Assembly (NCBI GenBank): GCA_030704615.1
Contig: CM060731.1
Location: 71,052,001-71,116,000, forward strand
Direction: 5' to 3'
DNA length: 64,000 nt
Source of the DNA: Takakia lepidozioides
Lineage: Eukaryota > Plantae > Bryophyta
Under the pieces are notes generated by a model that did not search any database, had not been told where the DNA came from, and was given only the letters and a program-made list of their open reading frames with translations. Shown one piece after another: positions 37,841 to 51,736 of this stretch (positions are counted from its first letter, which is position 1; each line of letters begins with the position of its first letter). Position numbers and translations under genes: made by a program.

Positions 37841-37894
37841 CTTTTTCTACCCCCTCTTTCCCTCTGTGTTTTTTTTTTTTTTTTTGGTGAGCAG

Positions 37895-37897
<3 letters not shown>

Positions 37898-37982
<85 letters not shown>
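37898..37982 (+). repeat. (GA)n microsatellite, ~42 units
   Basis: Direct reading. Confidence 0.98.
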
Positions 37983-37985
<3 letters not shown>

Positions 37986-40900
37986 AGATATTCATGTCAT
38001 GACAAGACATGGACAAGACCCTACTAGGGTCATTGTCAATTAAAGACATAAGCAGCCCATAAACAGGGCACCATCTAACATTTCCAGTCTTGTCATAACA
38101 GACCAAGTGACAACACCCATTCAATCAAGATAAAACAGGGTGGGAGGGCGGGGTTTATTCAAGTTCAAATTCATGTAAGTAGCCCAAGACATGCACCATG
38201 CAAGGCTCCTTGGGTAGGTAAGAACAGCCTGCCCTACTACAGATTCAAGGTATGTTCATACAAGCACCTTGAAGGACCAACCTGCAATTTACCAGATTTC
38301 AAACATGCAACTAAGTAATCTTCTTGGGCATGACAAAACATATTGCAGCTTCACTCTTTGTCATTTGTAAGTACCCCAAGGCATGCATCATGCAAGGCTC
38401 CTTGGGTAGGTAAGAACAGCCTGTCTATTCTTGTCCTGTTCTTGTCCTGTCCTATTCTTTGTTGCCCCCTCTCTCCCTCTGTCTCCCTCCTCGGAATTGG
38501 CCGGTTGCATCAGTGTTCTTTTCATGTTTATCTGTACTAGATGGACTCTAAACAGTGTTTTCACCCGTCTTATAAAGGTTTTCTATCCATACCGGAAGAA
38601 TTACCTGGGTGGACACTAAAATACCTCTAAAAAGGGCCTATAATTTTACATTCCTCTTTTATTGACTTTCATCTATACCAGATGAGTCACCAGAGAATGA
38701 GGAATTAGCTCCGTAGGGGTTGTGACACTGGCATCCTATCTATCATTTTTCCATCCATGCCGGATAAAAAATACCAGGATTTGAATTCGTTTCATTCCTC
38801 CTTTATGCCTTTTTTTCCGTACTGGATGAGGCTTTATCTTAGGGGATGATGAATTACCTGTTAGGATGAGAAACCGCTGCCTTGGATGATGTGTACTGCT
38901 TTTTCATCCTGCTGATGGACCTCCTCCAAATAAATGAACCTATTTATTTTTTTTCATCTGAACCGGATGAAAAAATAAGCTTATGATGGCCTGGAGAATT
39001 GCTTGATTACCCTTAAGTAATTATTGCTAATTAAGGAGTGAAACCCTAGCCCCTACCCTATAATCTACTGTTTCAACCTAGCTAACGGATGACATCCGTC
39101 GGGTTTTCGAGATAAAGGGTGTTGATTATTCATCCTCCACGGATGAAAAATCGGGCTTTGTCCTCGTAGATTCAGAGCGGATGAGTCGTAGTGCCGGCCC
39201 AGGGTGTCTCTCCCGCCGTCAGCTGCACTCCTCGTGCTTCTGAGCTCGCGGGCTGAGAGTTATGGCGTCTGAGCTCTGCTGCTACCCTGTCTACTGCTTC
39301 ATGCCCATGCCGGACAAGCTCCTGGGGATGCGCAATGGCGGCGTCTTGTCTCTTCTCACAGGCAGGAGACCCCACTGTGATGGCATCGTCTCTTTCCCTC
39401 CTCTGGCTTTTATGTTTCGCAGCGGCGCTTGTATGGGGAAGTATATCTCTCTCTCTCCCTTCTTAAACCTAGCATTTGTATGCTTCGCTTCTCCTTAGCT
39501 GTACTGGAGGTGGCTTGCTGGTGGCGATGGCGTAGAGTTACCTTCCCCAATCACTCAAGTTGCTTTTGGTGATTAGGGTTCCTTTTACTTCATGTCTTTC
39601 TCTCTTGTTTTTGAGGTTCTTAGTTGACATCGATGACAAGTGTAGGGGTCTGTGATTCATTTGGGGTTCCACAATCCTCACTAACCCATTGGTTTCTGTG
39701 GGGGCTTGTGATAGGACCAGGTGAGGATCCCTACTTGCTTTGAATTCTCTTGAGCTTGCAGATAAGGATGTGTGCAAAAGGAACAGACTGCTGCTGCCTG
39801 CAGCCCCAATTTCGGCCTGGCAGCCTTGTCTCATGCAGCACAACATGTGAATCCTACCCTGTCTTGAATCTTTGACAGCTTTGCCGGGTGAAAGCATGCT
39901 AATGTGTACCACTAACACTCCTGAAAAGGACTAAATTTTGACTGCTGGCGCGTTATACCGCGGCGCGTGGACATGACATGTTGCGATGAAAACGTGATAA
40001 AATTTACAGATGATAGTGGGCACCTCGACCCCATCCATTGGATGCTCGTACACCCTCTTGTACACCTCCAATTTTGCTCGTACACCGCTAATTTTGAGTT
40101 TACGATACTAACTCGACTTCCGTTTGCCACCATTTGTTTCCCTTATCGCATCCAAGCCGGGTTTCGTGTGTTTGATGCCTACTTCAGTGCTGCAGATGCT
40201 CGTATAATTTTTAGGAGTTTATTTGATATATTTTTAATTTTAAAATAATTTGTAATGAATGATACACTATTTGTAAGAACTCATTTTGGCCTCAAATTCA
40301 AAATTGGAGGACCTTGTAGCCATTTCAAGGACATGGCCTTCTTCCTTTTCAGTAGCTAAACACTTTTGGTGAAAAAACTATGTTCAAATTTTGAGGTTGA
40401 GTAGTACCAAAGTTTGGTGCCCCTAAGTTATGCATACCGCGTAGTAGAAAATTCCTATGATAATGGGTATTTCTGTTTTGCAGGTCTACTGTTCATTTTG
40501 CATTCTTCCATACCTTACATAAGCACATAAAAATCCCTGATAGGACCTTCACATGTTATGGGTGTGAAAATCACAAAACAATTTATATGGGCATGACAAG
40601 AACTTCAAGGGCTTTCCAATGATATAATGTTTCTGTTGTTTCATACTGAACTTGATATCCTAAATTTGGATCGATTGCCCCATATGTGCTGGAAAACAGT
40701 TTGTGACATCCTTTTTGGGTCATATTAGTGTGCTTTGACCCTGCCTGTGGATTTTTAGGGTTCCTGCATCATCGCCCAGCTCGTCCTCGGTCTGGGCTTC
40801 GGCGTCTGCTGCGGCCGTCGTCTGTGTTCCCTTATCCTCTCCCTCTTCCCGATCTTCTCCTCTACTAAATGCCTCTACCATTCTTTCGAACTCTCGACCT

Positions 40901-42033
40901 AACCTCTTCCCCTTCATCCTCTCTTGAGTTTTTCTACGCTGTCTCTTAGTTGTGAAATTCAAAGACTGCCTCCTTCTTCGACGCTTGAACGCACTCCTGT
41001 CTGTGCTAAAGCCCTCCAGCTTGCTCGCCACTCCGGACAGTTCGTCACTCTGAAACGTCGATTCTTTGCAAAATGTGTACTTGAAGCGGCGATTGGAATT
41101 TTGGGATGAATGAAAAACTTTTGCCCGCGCCTACTTTACATTGTCAACTTAGGGCACTGCTGGATTTTTTGTGTGCTCATCTTCATCTACCTTGCAGGCT
41201 AGCAGAGGAAATACCATGCGTCCACAGGTGACCAGCCGGGTATCGCAAAAATCGGCGCATGCAGAGCTTTGGATACCTTCCCGGAGACGTCTTCAAGGTA
41301 ATGGTACTTTCCAACGGTATATACGCGCCGAAATTACAGTGGGCAAATTGACCATTGTAGCTGGGCCAATAGGTGCTCTGCAGAGCCCATGACTGGCATT
41401 TCAAGTTGGAGGGAGTATTTTGGATAATTCTTCGGAGATCCAGATGCAGACCGAATCATATCAACACTTGGTGTGTGTCTCGTTGTCCCAAATTTTCAAT
41501 GGATCTTACTCTGGAGTCCAAGGAATACTTGTTGGATACAAGTGGCATTGCCCCACATGATCCATATGGTTGAAAACATTTGAGCAATGCATATTCAGAT
41601 CTTATCCAAAACATGAATACTTCATCCGCACCATGGCACCTCCCAAATATAGGTCATCATACTCCAAGTTTTTTCTCTACCACTCCGCCCATTCCGCACC
41701 GGCCAGCAAGCACTTTGAATCCACAAACTACCCGTAGATTGCCCACGCGCACAGCATAGCAATTGCCGTTCATCCACTTCTTATTAGTCAAAACTCATGT
41801 GGACTTCACACGAAAAATTATTAATGGCAACCCCCAGGAAGTTACTTTCTCCTTGGCTTTATTCCCAGTAACAAAAACAAACATAAAAAATTGTGTTAGC
41901 CAAATTTTTCCCAGCCTTTCCCCTACATTACGCATTTGTGCGGCCAGCCCATCCATCAAATGCCCTTCAAAGGTGTTCGGAAGGTTCTGAAAGCAAGCAC
42001 TCAGAAGGTCCTTCCCTAGAGTAAATACTATGG

Positions 42034-42201
42034 GTAAGGTAAAGTAAAGTAAAGTAAAGTTTATTTAACGTCCAATGAATTTACAGAGCCTAGCGCTCAA
42101 CACATAGCCCATCAAGGGGCCACGGTTGAAGGATTGAACCCAGGATCACCCAGGTTATGCACAGGCAAGGCACAAATACCCAACTACTCGGCTACCTGCT
42201 C
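42034..42201 (-). mobile_element. tRNA-derived SINE with (CTTTA)n tail
   Basis: Minus strand tagccgagtagttgg (A box) and gggttcaatcc (B box); tail appears as gtaaa repeats on the plus strand. Confidence 0.55.
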
Positions 42202-42373
42202 AAGTGGGTGGTCCAGGTAAAGATCAAGCATGTCAGAGAATCTACTGCTACAACATCCTGTAAAGCACCCAGTTGAAACTTGAAACCCTTAAACAATCAA
42301 CCCGACCATTTTCGCATACAAATCCTACCCACAAATCCCAACCCCAACAACAACCAGCTACCTACCCCCCCAA

Positions 42374-42779
42374 GGAGTCAGGACTTCCACTGTGCTCACA
42401 TTTTCACAAGTCAACTCCCAATGATTTCCGTCCTGTTCAACCAGAAAGCAAAGGCAATATGTGTCCAGTTGAGTGGGAAACCCAGCACACACTAGAGAGG
42501 GAACATCAGCCAAGTTGGAGCGTGTACTAAGAGAGGGGGGGAAAGAGAATAGAAAGGGCAAGAACACAAGGGTGGGGAGTCAGGACTTCCATTGTGCTCA
42601 GTTTATCACAAGTCAACTTCCAAACTGGAATGATTTCCGTCCTGTTCAACCAAAAAGCAAAAGCAATGTGTCCAGTTGAGTGGGAAACCCATCACACACT
42701 AGGGAACATCATCCGAGTTGGAGTGTGTACTTAAGAGAGGGGGAAAGAGAATAGAAAGGGCAAGAACACAAGGGTGGGG
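42374..42779. repeat. Tandem duplication of ~200 bp
   Basis: ggagtcaggacttcca...aagaacacaagggtgg occurs twice in tandem. Confidence 0.85.
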
Positions 42780-43305
42780 AGGAGCGGCGGCCACCGCGGT
42801 CAACAAAGCCGCGGTCAAAAGGCCGCCACCTTCTTTTGCGGCTGCGCGCGGTCGCACGCTTTGCTGGCAATCAGCCTGCCCCGCCGGAGACTTTCCGTCT
42901 GCCCGAGACTGCGATGAATATTAGCAACAGTAAAAAAATAAATAAAGAAAGAAAAATGGACGTGGGACGTGAGTGGCCAGATCTGCGCTATAAATGTCGT
43001 AGTCTGTCAGAGGTGGCAGATTACGCTTCGCTATCCGCCTCTTTGACTTTGACTAATACTGATGTACAGTTGTACCAAGCTTGAAAAGAGTACATACATG
43101 AGAATTCGCACCAAGGGAATGAATGAATGAGTCGTCGATGAATGAATGTCATTACTAGTCGTTTGGGGATCTGAGTAAACCCGAGCATTTATTACGTTTG
43201 TCGGTCAGAATGTTCTAAATTCATATCTGAAGGGTCAACTTTAATTCCTCTATTTTGAAGATTCTGCAAATAAGATTTACTAAGTGGTAAAGTACTATCG
43301 TAATA

Positions 43306-43488
43306 CCTTGGCAAGTTCAACAATCATCTACCGAATATTTATTTTATTTTGAGAATTTCATTTCAACATATGGAATGTTCCCAAAGATGCTTTATTATCA
43401 TTCACAAAGTTACTTCATTTCAAAAAATCAATTTTCAAAATTTTCAACAATCTTTGAAATATTAAAATTTGTGTCGAAGTTGCCAAGG
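43306..43488. mobile_element. Short MITE, Tc1/mariner-like
   Basis: TA|CCTTGGCAAGTTC ... GAAGTTGCCAAGG|TA. Confidence 0.65.
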
Positions 43489-44428
43489 TACTAAGATACT
43501 TATTGTTTTAAAAGGGAAAGTAACACAATGGGGCCCTTGAATTACACTAGAGGAGCAATTGATAACGTCAACATGACGCACCCAGCACAAGTCTGATGGG
43601 TCATACCTACCACTGGAAGGGATCATCCATCACACCACAGAACACTAGGTAGCAGGATTTGAGGCAAGAATTACTTGAGCTGTGTACTCTCATTCCAACT
43701 CAGCTGTTCATTGGTGTTCGGGCCAAATATGGGTGCCAAAAACAAAACTAGGGCTATGCATTACTCCGTAATAAGCGTAAATTATGTTGTCTCTTGACCA
43801 TCTACTTGCTGCTTGAAGGTGGACAGTGGACACCCTTGTGACCCCGTTCTGTGGATTAAACGCACAACCACTTCCAAGGTGGTATGTGCCCATTAACACG
43901 GCTGTAACTGGGTTGTCCATTGCTACCAATGACCGACTTCAGTGACCAATGTCTAAGACTCAGCAAACAATTTATAATATCTTGTAATGACTCATATATA
44001 TATATATATCCTATGGAACCCATTTCGGGTTTCATAGAACATGATATATTGACATAAGTTTTGCGGATCTTCATATTTTTAGGTCGTTTCTTCAGCAATA
44101 AATGACATGACAACATGGCAGATGATCTCCAATTGGCAGCATGGCATTTGGAAAAAGTCTGCCATGTCCACAATTTCAAAACCCCAGTGGGTCAGAAATG
44201 GTCTTGCATGGAGGGAGGCCACGCATAGTTGACATCTACGTGGCCAACGCTGATTGGACAACACTTCAGGCCAATCCGGGTCAAATTTTACAATTTCTAC
44301 CATTGGATGTGGGCATAATTTGGACCAAGGTCCTCGCCTGAGGGATTTTGAATTTGAGCAATATTTCATAGCATCTTGTGGAGGCCATATCCCAATTTCT
44401 AAATATTTGTAATGAAGGTAGTTTGAAC

Positions 44429-45492
44429 CAGTGTTGGGCGGGTATATGAATTACCCTGATATACCCGCCGGGTATATCAGGGTATATTGATATATATATA
44501 CCCTAGTGTGGCAAGTTTGGTACCCGGATGTATACCCTTATATCAGGGTATATTTTTATGATATACCCTTATCCTTATACTTACCCTCAATCAAGACCCT
44601 CAATATACCCTACTTTCCAGAAGGGTATATGTTAAAATGAAGGGTATATCTAATCAGGGTATATAAGGGCCTTTATGTGCTAGGTCTTTTCTCTTTTTGG
44701 TTGTGTTGTTAGGGAGCCTTGAGCTATAAGAAAGCTCCAATCACAGCTAAAACAAATATTACATATATATCATTCCTTAAATGTCATATAACCCAAACAA
44801 TACCTCTTTAGATCTTGCATATATATACATAAAAGGAAACCTGACAGCCCACAATTTAGGTCCTTGAGGGGTTTTTATTTATTTATTTATTTAAGGAAAT
44901 ATGGGAGCGACAGCCCACAATTCAGGCCCTTGAGGAGGGGGAAAGATTAACCCCCTTTCATTTATGGGCCATGAGACCTACAGGACCATCAACGCCCAGA
45001 CACACCGTCACACGAACAATCCCACACACGGGGCAGGGCAGCGGGTTCGAACCCCGAACCACCTGAGTGACACACACTATGCACTTACTAGCTGAGCTAC
45101 CAGCCCATGTGTTTAAAAAAAAATCTCAAACCTCCTCCATCTGTATTGGAAATTAACACCAAAATATTATGCAATATCTTATCAATTTTCTCCTTTACCA
45201 TAGATTGTTTTTTTTTTAGAACATCATATAATCTTTAAAACCATTAAACTATATATTAATGGAAATAACTATCCATACCCGGAAACTATTCATACCCTCA
45301 GGGTGTATTTTGGCATATATATCCATACCCGGGGGTTATGTAGAAATTTGAAAAGTTAATTTACCCATACCCGGAGGGTAAATAATTTTTTGAGATTTCA
45401 ATTTATCCATACCCAGAGGGTAAATGATTTGACAAAAATAACTTACTTATACCCTAAGGGTATATTGAAATCAATATATGCGCACAACACTG
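44429..45492. mobile_element. Non-autonomous hAT element
   Basis: TIRs CAGTGTTG...CAACACTG; perfect 8-bp TSD GTTTGAAC (44421-44428, 45493-45500); ATACCC subterminal repeats. Confidence 0.9.
44872..45106 (-). mobile_element. tRNA-derived SINE nested in the hAT element
   Basis: Minus strand gggctggtagctcagctag...ggttcgaaccc head and (AAAT)n tail. Confidence 0.65.
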
Positions 45493-48466
45493 GTTTGAAC
45501 CCCCCCATAAACACATTCAAGCACCCCCATGCTAAACCTGACTTTTGCCCCTCATTTTTTGCATGGACATGGCATTCCTACCACAGATTAGGAATTTGTG
45601 GAATAAGCACTCCACAAAAATCTAAAAGCCTCTCAAATTAGTTGGTCAAGGCTAAAAAACCATGTTTTCAAAAACAGAAACAAATAATCCATCCTCTCTA
45701 AAACCATATAATCTCCCATATTTGACGGTGAAACAAGTTCATTTTTTGTGAGTGCATGTAGGTGTCAGGTGCGTACCTACGTGTAAGGTCCATTTTTCTG
45801 GAAGATTTCTGATAGCTAGTTAGCCTCATTTTACTGGGCATGGGAATTGTTAGGTGTCAAAAAATGAACCATGTAGGAAGTTACGGGGGAAATAAAGGAA
45901 ACCAGGGAGCGACAACCCACAATTCAGGCCCTTGAGGAGGGGGAAAAATCGTACTTCATCTTTACAATGAGTAAAGAAAAAAAGAAAAAGAAAAGTAAAG
46001 AGAGAAGCATGAGTCAGTAACATAAAGCAAATTGATTGCAACACTGTTCAAATCATATCCAAGGTATATGTATGTATATGATATATTTAGGCAATGTAAA
46101 GAGGCAAAATAATGTTTTTTTTAAATTGTTTTTAAAGAAAGGCCCGAGGGAGGCCAAATATATTGATAAAGAGGAAAAAATAACCTCACATGACAGGCCA
46201 TGGAGGCTGAGAAAGGGGACGCCCAGTAAGATATTAAGATAGTTACACAATTTTATTTTCTTGGTGAAAGTTTGGGAGACTAGGGTAGTTTTGAGGGAAA
46301 TTTTTTTTTGCTATTCCTGCTCTCTTAGAACCCAAAGCGGGTCTCACATATTTAAAAAAAAAACCCTTATAATTTTGTGGATCTAAAAATTTGGATGTGG
46401 TTTCTTTGCAATTGTAGAGCTGATGTCAGAATTGAAAGTAGACCAATTGCAGGTGGCATGGCCCCCTACAATCTTCTAGAAACAAGACAACCAAGTTGTA
46501 GCGGAGTGCTAATAGGCACATACCACCTCCCAAGTCAATCCACCCAGTTGGTCTCACAAAGGTGTCCAACTTCCCACAGACAGGCAGTTTCCTTCATAGG
46601 GTCAAGAGACACCACAATTTACACGTTATATATATACATATTCTAGAAACAAGGTGGAGGTGGCCTCCTATTAGGGCTCGTGGAGGTGGCCAGAGAGAGT
46701 TGACCCAAAATGTGGCCAACTCTGAGTGGGCCACCACATGTTCACCTTCTCATCTCACTCAATTAATTTTTTTGGCAAGTTAGTGAGTGGATCCCAAAAA
46801 GAATTTGACAAAGATATTAGATGTGTGCCAAGATTAGGTGTAAGGTAAGCCACCGAGTGGAGGGGACTACCGAAATGAGGGGATTACCAAAATGAGCCCC
46901 CCCACTTGGCTATGTGTAGGTAATCCCCCACAACGAAGAGGCTTACCGTGCAAAGAACACAAGGAACTTCCCCGCCTGCCACAGCTGTAATTTGATGCAC
47001 TGGCCAGCCTAGCGCGTAGATTATACCTTGGACGGTGGATTCACATGTTTAAGCTCAGGGGTTTCCTTCCAGGGAAAAGCTGCCATTTGGAAGCTCCAAA
47101 CTTTGGAGACAAATTTCAACCCCCCTCAAAATACCTCCAAAACACACTACGTGTATTTATGAAATCTTCCCTCAAATTTGGTGAGGACACGGCTTTCCTA
47201 CCACAGATTCATGCTACTAGCTAGGAGAAAGACAGCAAAAATCAAACCCACACTCAATTTTGTTTTTGTTGACCAAACCAAACAGTCCATTTTGAAAACA
47301 AAAAACAACAGAAAAGATCCCCACTAAACACTATAATCTGGAAAATTGAAGGGTGAAATCAGCTGAAATTGTACTTAGATGCTTTGTGGTGGGTAGATAG
47401 GCTAATATTACTAGGTTTAGAGAGAATAATTTTGGTGTGAAAAAACCAACAATTCAGCATCACTAAGAAAATCATCTATTTTAAAACAGAAAAATATATA
47501 AACCCCCAAAGCTATAATTTATATTTGTCTTTCAATATTCATGTACTTCTTCTATTATTATTGTTATTACTATTATTTTGGACCAAGATTCTACTTATAG
47601 TAGAGAGGGAAAGAATTATGATTTTCACTGTTATTTTCTGGAAAATACTGGCTTACTTGAATTATTAGAAGGCGTGGCCAAGGGAAGCTGCCCAACCATC
47701 TCGATTTTTTTTTTTTTTTTCTCGATTTCGACTCTCATCTCTTTTCACTTTCCCCGTTATGTCTTTTTCAGGTTCTGGGTAGTTTCCCTTTTTGACTTTG
47801 CCTTCACGGCCCCCCTGCGATTATTTTGTTTTAAAAGAAAAAAGCCATGCAAGGGCCATGAAGGGGGATCCGCGGTTTCGAACTCTCCGTCAAATAGCGC
47901 AATAGGGTGTAGCATTTTGGGCTTTATGCCGGGCGACGGATGTCCTCATTCATCCATTCAAATGTCGGCCGACCTGCTGTGGAAGGAGTATTCCAAGCGC
48001 CTGCGCAGACGTCAGAAGACAGTGTAAGTACGCAAGGCAGCTCAAAGCAGGCTGCGGGAATGTGTGGAAGACGATGGAAGCTTGTGTTGAACTAGTCCGC
48101 ATCACTAGATAAGCGATGCGTGGCATGCTTGTCTGTAGATTGGGGCATGCAACCAACTCTTTCGTCTTCTGCGGATTGCGTCATGTTGCTGTGATTGAGT
48201 GCGGGAGAGGTCCTGTGAAATTTGAGATGGTTTCCATCTGGTTGTGGCTCCGAAGAGGGACAGATACATGCAAAGAGTGTGGGGATCTCATGGGGGGTGT
48301 ACAGCGTCGTTTGAGAGTAAGCTGAATTGGTAATCCGTAGACTTGCTGCCAGCTTAGAATTTAGAATTTCTGTTTGACATAGAGTGGATCATAGGAGTCC
48401 TTGAAGTGCAAAAAGGGCACTAGTTATATCCTGCACAGAGAAGGTGGGTCTATAGGTCGATTCGGC

Positions 48467-50857
48467 ATGATGGGCTGCTTCCCAGCGCCAAAATCAAATA
48501 GAGAGCACGGAGTGAAGTCGCATAGAAACCGCATAGTGATGTTTGCCAACTTGCCAGAGGACAAATCAACCATCCTGCCAACCCCGCATGAGCTCCCTAG
48601 CAGCAGGGGCGAATCCGGGTCCCTTCACTCAAGGCGACTCGTCCATGACCCGCGTGTGTTGTCAGTACCATCCAGGATCGCTGCTGCGGATTATAACGAT
48701 GAGAGGCTCATACCCTTCTCAGCACCATTGAGTGCAGGCACTGGTGTTGAGTCCCCTTTCTCAGGGCCAATGTCGGAGGGTTCGCCGGCAACTGTTTCCA
48801 AGAGCGGTGGGAGGAAGGTGACATGGGGCACAAAAATGACAAATTACTTTGGCGGACGACCTCAGCCTCTCCCAACACCCGAACCCACTGGACAGCCAGT
48901 TTGCCTGCCGGTGCCTCCAGAGGACACTACAGGTCCCTTCAGTGGCTCGGAAATGTCTGCTCTCTCAGGCAACAGCTGCTGTGTAGCTACCAGCAGCCCT
49001 TCAACTGTAGTACCTTTATCCTCTCCCAGAAATGGGATCGGCTCATGCAATTGCAGTGGAAGTAGGACGATACCTGTTGGTGGGTACTATTCCCAGTTCC
49101 CCCAGCCTCTGCCTCCCCCCGCTGTTGCAGCGAAGTTGTGCCAGAGTCTGCGGACTTTTACATACGAGGAGCTTGCTGCAGGATCACAAAACTTTTCGCC
49201 TGAGCGTTGTATCGAAGAGCGGGAGTATGGGGCTGTGTACAAAGCATCGGTCAACTTGGGCACGGAAGAGAGGAAGGCGGCAAACATGATTGTCCTCCGT
49301 CTCTGCAGTAATGGGCTGCAGGTAACCCTTCCTCCCCCCTTCCTTCCCTCCTTGAGTGCATAGGTCGGCCATTGGTCATCTTACAGTTCGGCCTGCATTC
49401 TTTTTCCCGGTTTCTTGTGTGCATTGATCGTATTTCCCTTCATAGAGTCTGGGTGGTTGGAACTGATGGGTGCAGAGCTTCAAGGAATGGAGAGCAGAGG
49501 TGCAAATGCTGGCACAACTGGAAGACCCCCATCTATGTAAGCTCAGAGGCTACTGTGCAGATCCTATGGAGTATTCAGATGGCGAGGGGACACCTGCACA
49601 GAGAAGCGGAGAGCGGTTGTTGGTATTTGAGGAGTTAGCCAAAGGCAATCTGGACGACAACTTGTTTGGGAATGTCTGCAAAGCTCCATTAGAGTGGAAA
49701 GACAGGATACAGATTGCTTTTGGAGCTGCACGCGGATTGGCCTATCTGCATGACAGAGCTCCTGTACAGGTATACAACAAGCCACAGGCTCTTGCATCTT
49801 CATTTGGTTGTAGTTTTGCTGCAAAAGTTGCCAGGTAGGTGCTGTTTCATGGTGCCCATTATAATGGATGTGCCACCTATGCAGGTTATTTACAGAGATT
49901 TCAAGAGTTCCAGCATTCAATTGGACGAGGGCTTCAAAGCAAAGCTTTCAGGCGTGGGTTTAGCAATAGGCAATTCAGAGAATGAGAACAGAATACAATC
50001 CCCAACCAGGGTAAGAAGATCTCGATCTCTAGTCTCAGGGGTTGTCCTCAATTCGTGTATCTGATGCCAATTCCTCTTTCTGTGATTGTTGACGTCTTGC
50101 CTGGTGATAATCATAAATAACCAACAATCACCAAGTCACGTGGTAGCTTTGGTGATGTTCACATTTGACCATTTAACATACTTGGGTCAAGGGTTTAGTA
50201 TCCACAATGAACAGAATAATCTGTAGGATGCGTGCTTTTTACTGCAAATAGTTTGCATTAAAATTGTTGGTCTGATTTCTGCCACAGGCTATAAAGACGA
50301 GTCAGGCATTTGCCAAGAGCAACACTTGGAGCTTTGGAGTGGTTCTGCTGGAGCTTCTAACAGGCAAATACAGCGAGGATGCCTGTTTTTCCTATGATCA
50401 GACGGTTTTCGTCAAGTGGGCAAAACCCTTTCTTCGAGACGAGAACAAGCTGTCTCTTATCATTGATTCCCAATTGAGGGGGCAATGCTCACTGAGAGGA
50501 GCTCAAAGAGTGGCAGGGTTGGTGTTGCAGTGCCTCAGTAAGGAGATGAAAAGGCCCAGTATGGCTGAAGTGGTAGACATTTTGAAATCCATCAAAGATG
50601 ATGATTCAATACTAGGCAATGCATATAAAACTACTACATTAAGGCAAGTAAACCAGTTCTCCATGGATAAACCACGACCCTCCAAAATCCTGGTGAGGCC
50701 AGTCGGACAGAGACTACCAGAGGCTCCAGAGGATAGAAGGGAGATTCTTGGAACACAACCTGCACCTCCAGCTTTGCCTTGCACATCCACTTGCGCTCTA
50801 CAAACAACCAGGACCTCCACCCAACCTAGACCAATTGGTCACATTGAAACCTGTTGA
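48467..50857 (+). CDS. Receptor-like cytoplasmic kinase (RLCK/PBL-related), probable pseudokinase; exons 48467-49321, 49476-49769, 49885-50010, 50288-50857
   Basis: MGCF N-terminus; LRTFTYEEL...NFS; KEWRAEV; LEWKDRIQIAFGAARGLAYLH; VIYRDFK; KSNTWSFGVVLLELLTG; RPSMAEVV. Three phase-0 GT-AG introns give an open frame. Confidence 0.9.
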
Positions 50858-51736
50858 ACATATCTTCTCCAAACATGAGATGAAACATGTAGATTATCCC
50901 TGTGGCTTCAACAGTTGAAGGGCCAGCCTATGTAAATTCCAGAACACCAAAACGCCCAGTTCACTTGAGTGAACATGTGAGTAAAGCATATATACAGATC
51001 TCAACATCAACCATGTACTGACAGTGGACTTGACTGACGAATGACTTGGAAAATAACGTGCATGTTGCCAGCCACATAATTGTCATGCCATTCATATTCT
51101 CAGAAGATTAGGATCAGAAGGCAAATTGCCACTACGGAACAGCAATTGTCAACCTCTAGCTCAAAAATGGTGCCGCTCAAAATAATGAGAGTTACCTGCA
51201 TTCATATTTGCATGGAATCACTGCCAGGATGATTTGAAGCCTTCATCAGTTTATTAATTCAAGACACACACACCAAAACTGAATGTTTGTAGCAGACAAT
51301 ACTAAAAACCCCCACTAATACGAGACAAGTTGGGAGTTGATAACTTTCTGGTGGTACAAGGAGCAACCAGTCTGTCCATCTGTTCGTGGGGCTTATGACT
51401 AAGTTATGTTGGACGCAAACAGCCTTGCCGCGAAGGTTGCGTGAACCTCTTCCTGCTTACTACCTCGCTCATTGCTCTCGGATCCCGTGCTAGTAATCCT
51501 TCTATCGAAGGGTAGTGTATGTTAACATCGGGCACCTCTTAGAGAGTCATGCCATCTTACAACCATGAATGCAACCCAAGAAACTGTCCGAGCTCCATAC
51601 ACGATAAAATGTAGACACTTGTACTCATTAGACTCTCCAAAGCCCGGTTGCGTGTGGGCGTGTGTGAGATTGAAAGAAAGAAAGTTATGTCCAAAGAGAG
51701 AGGGAGGGCTCATGGACAATTAAGAACTACTTGAGA

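Larger units (their letters stand above)
36245..38126. mobile_element. Element with ~140-bp terminal inverted repeats (Pack-MULE-like)
   Basis: 36245-36387 is the reverse complement of 37982-38126 (~80% by eye); no TSD found. Confidence 0.7.

Noticed and set aside
38550-39180. hAT-like end with many GGATGA/TCATCC motifs
   Set aside because: No partner TIR, TSD or transposase could be identified, so it is not called as a feature
40720-41031. 103-aa charged ORF
   Set aside because: Low complexity, no domain or paralog in the window
44872-45106. Functional tRNA genes here and at 22.1, 42.1 and 43.8 kb
   Set aside because: A/B boxes are present but there is no clean cloverleaf, and extended bodies and tails indicate SINEs
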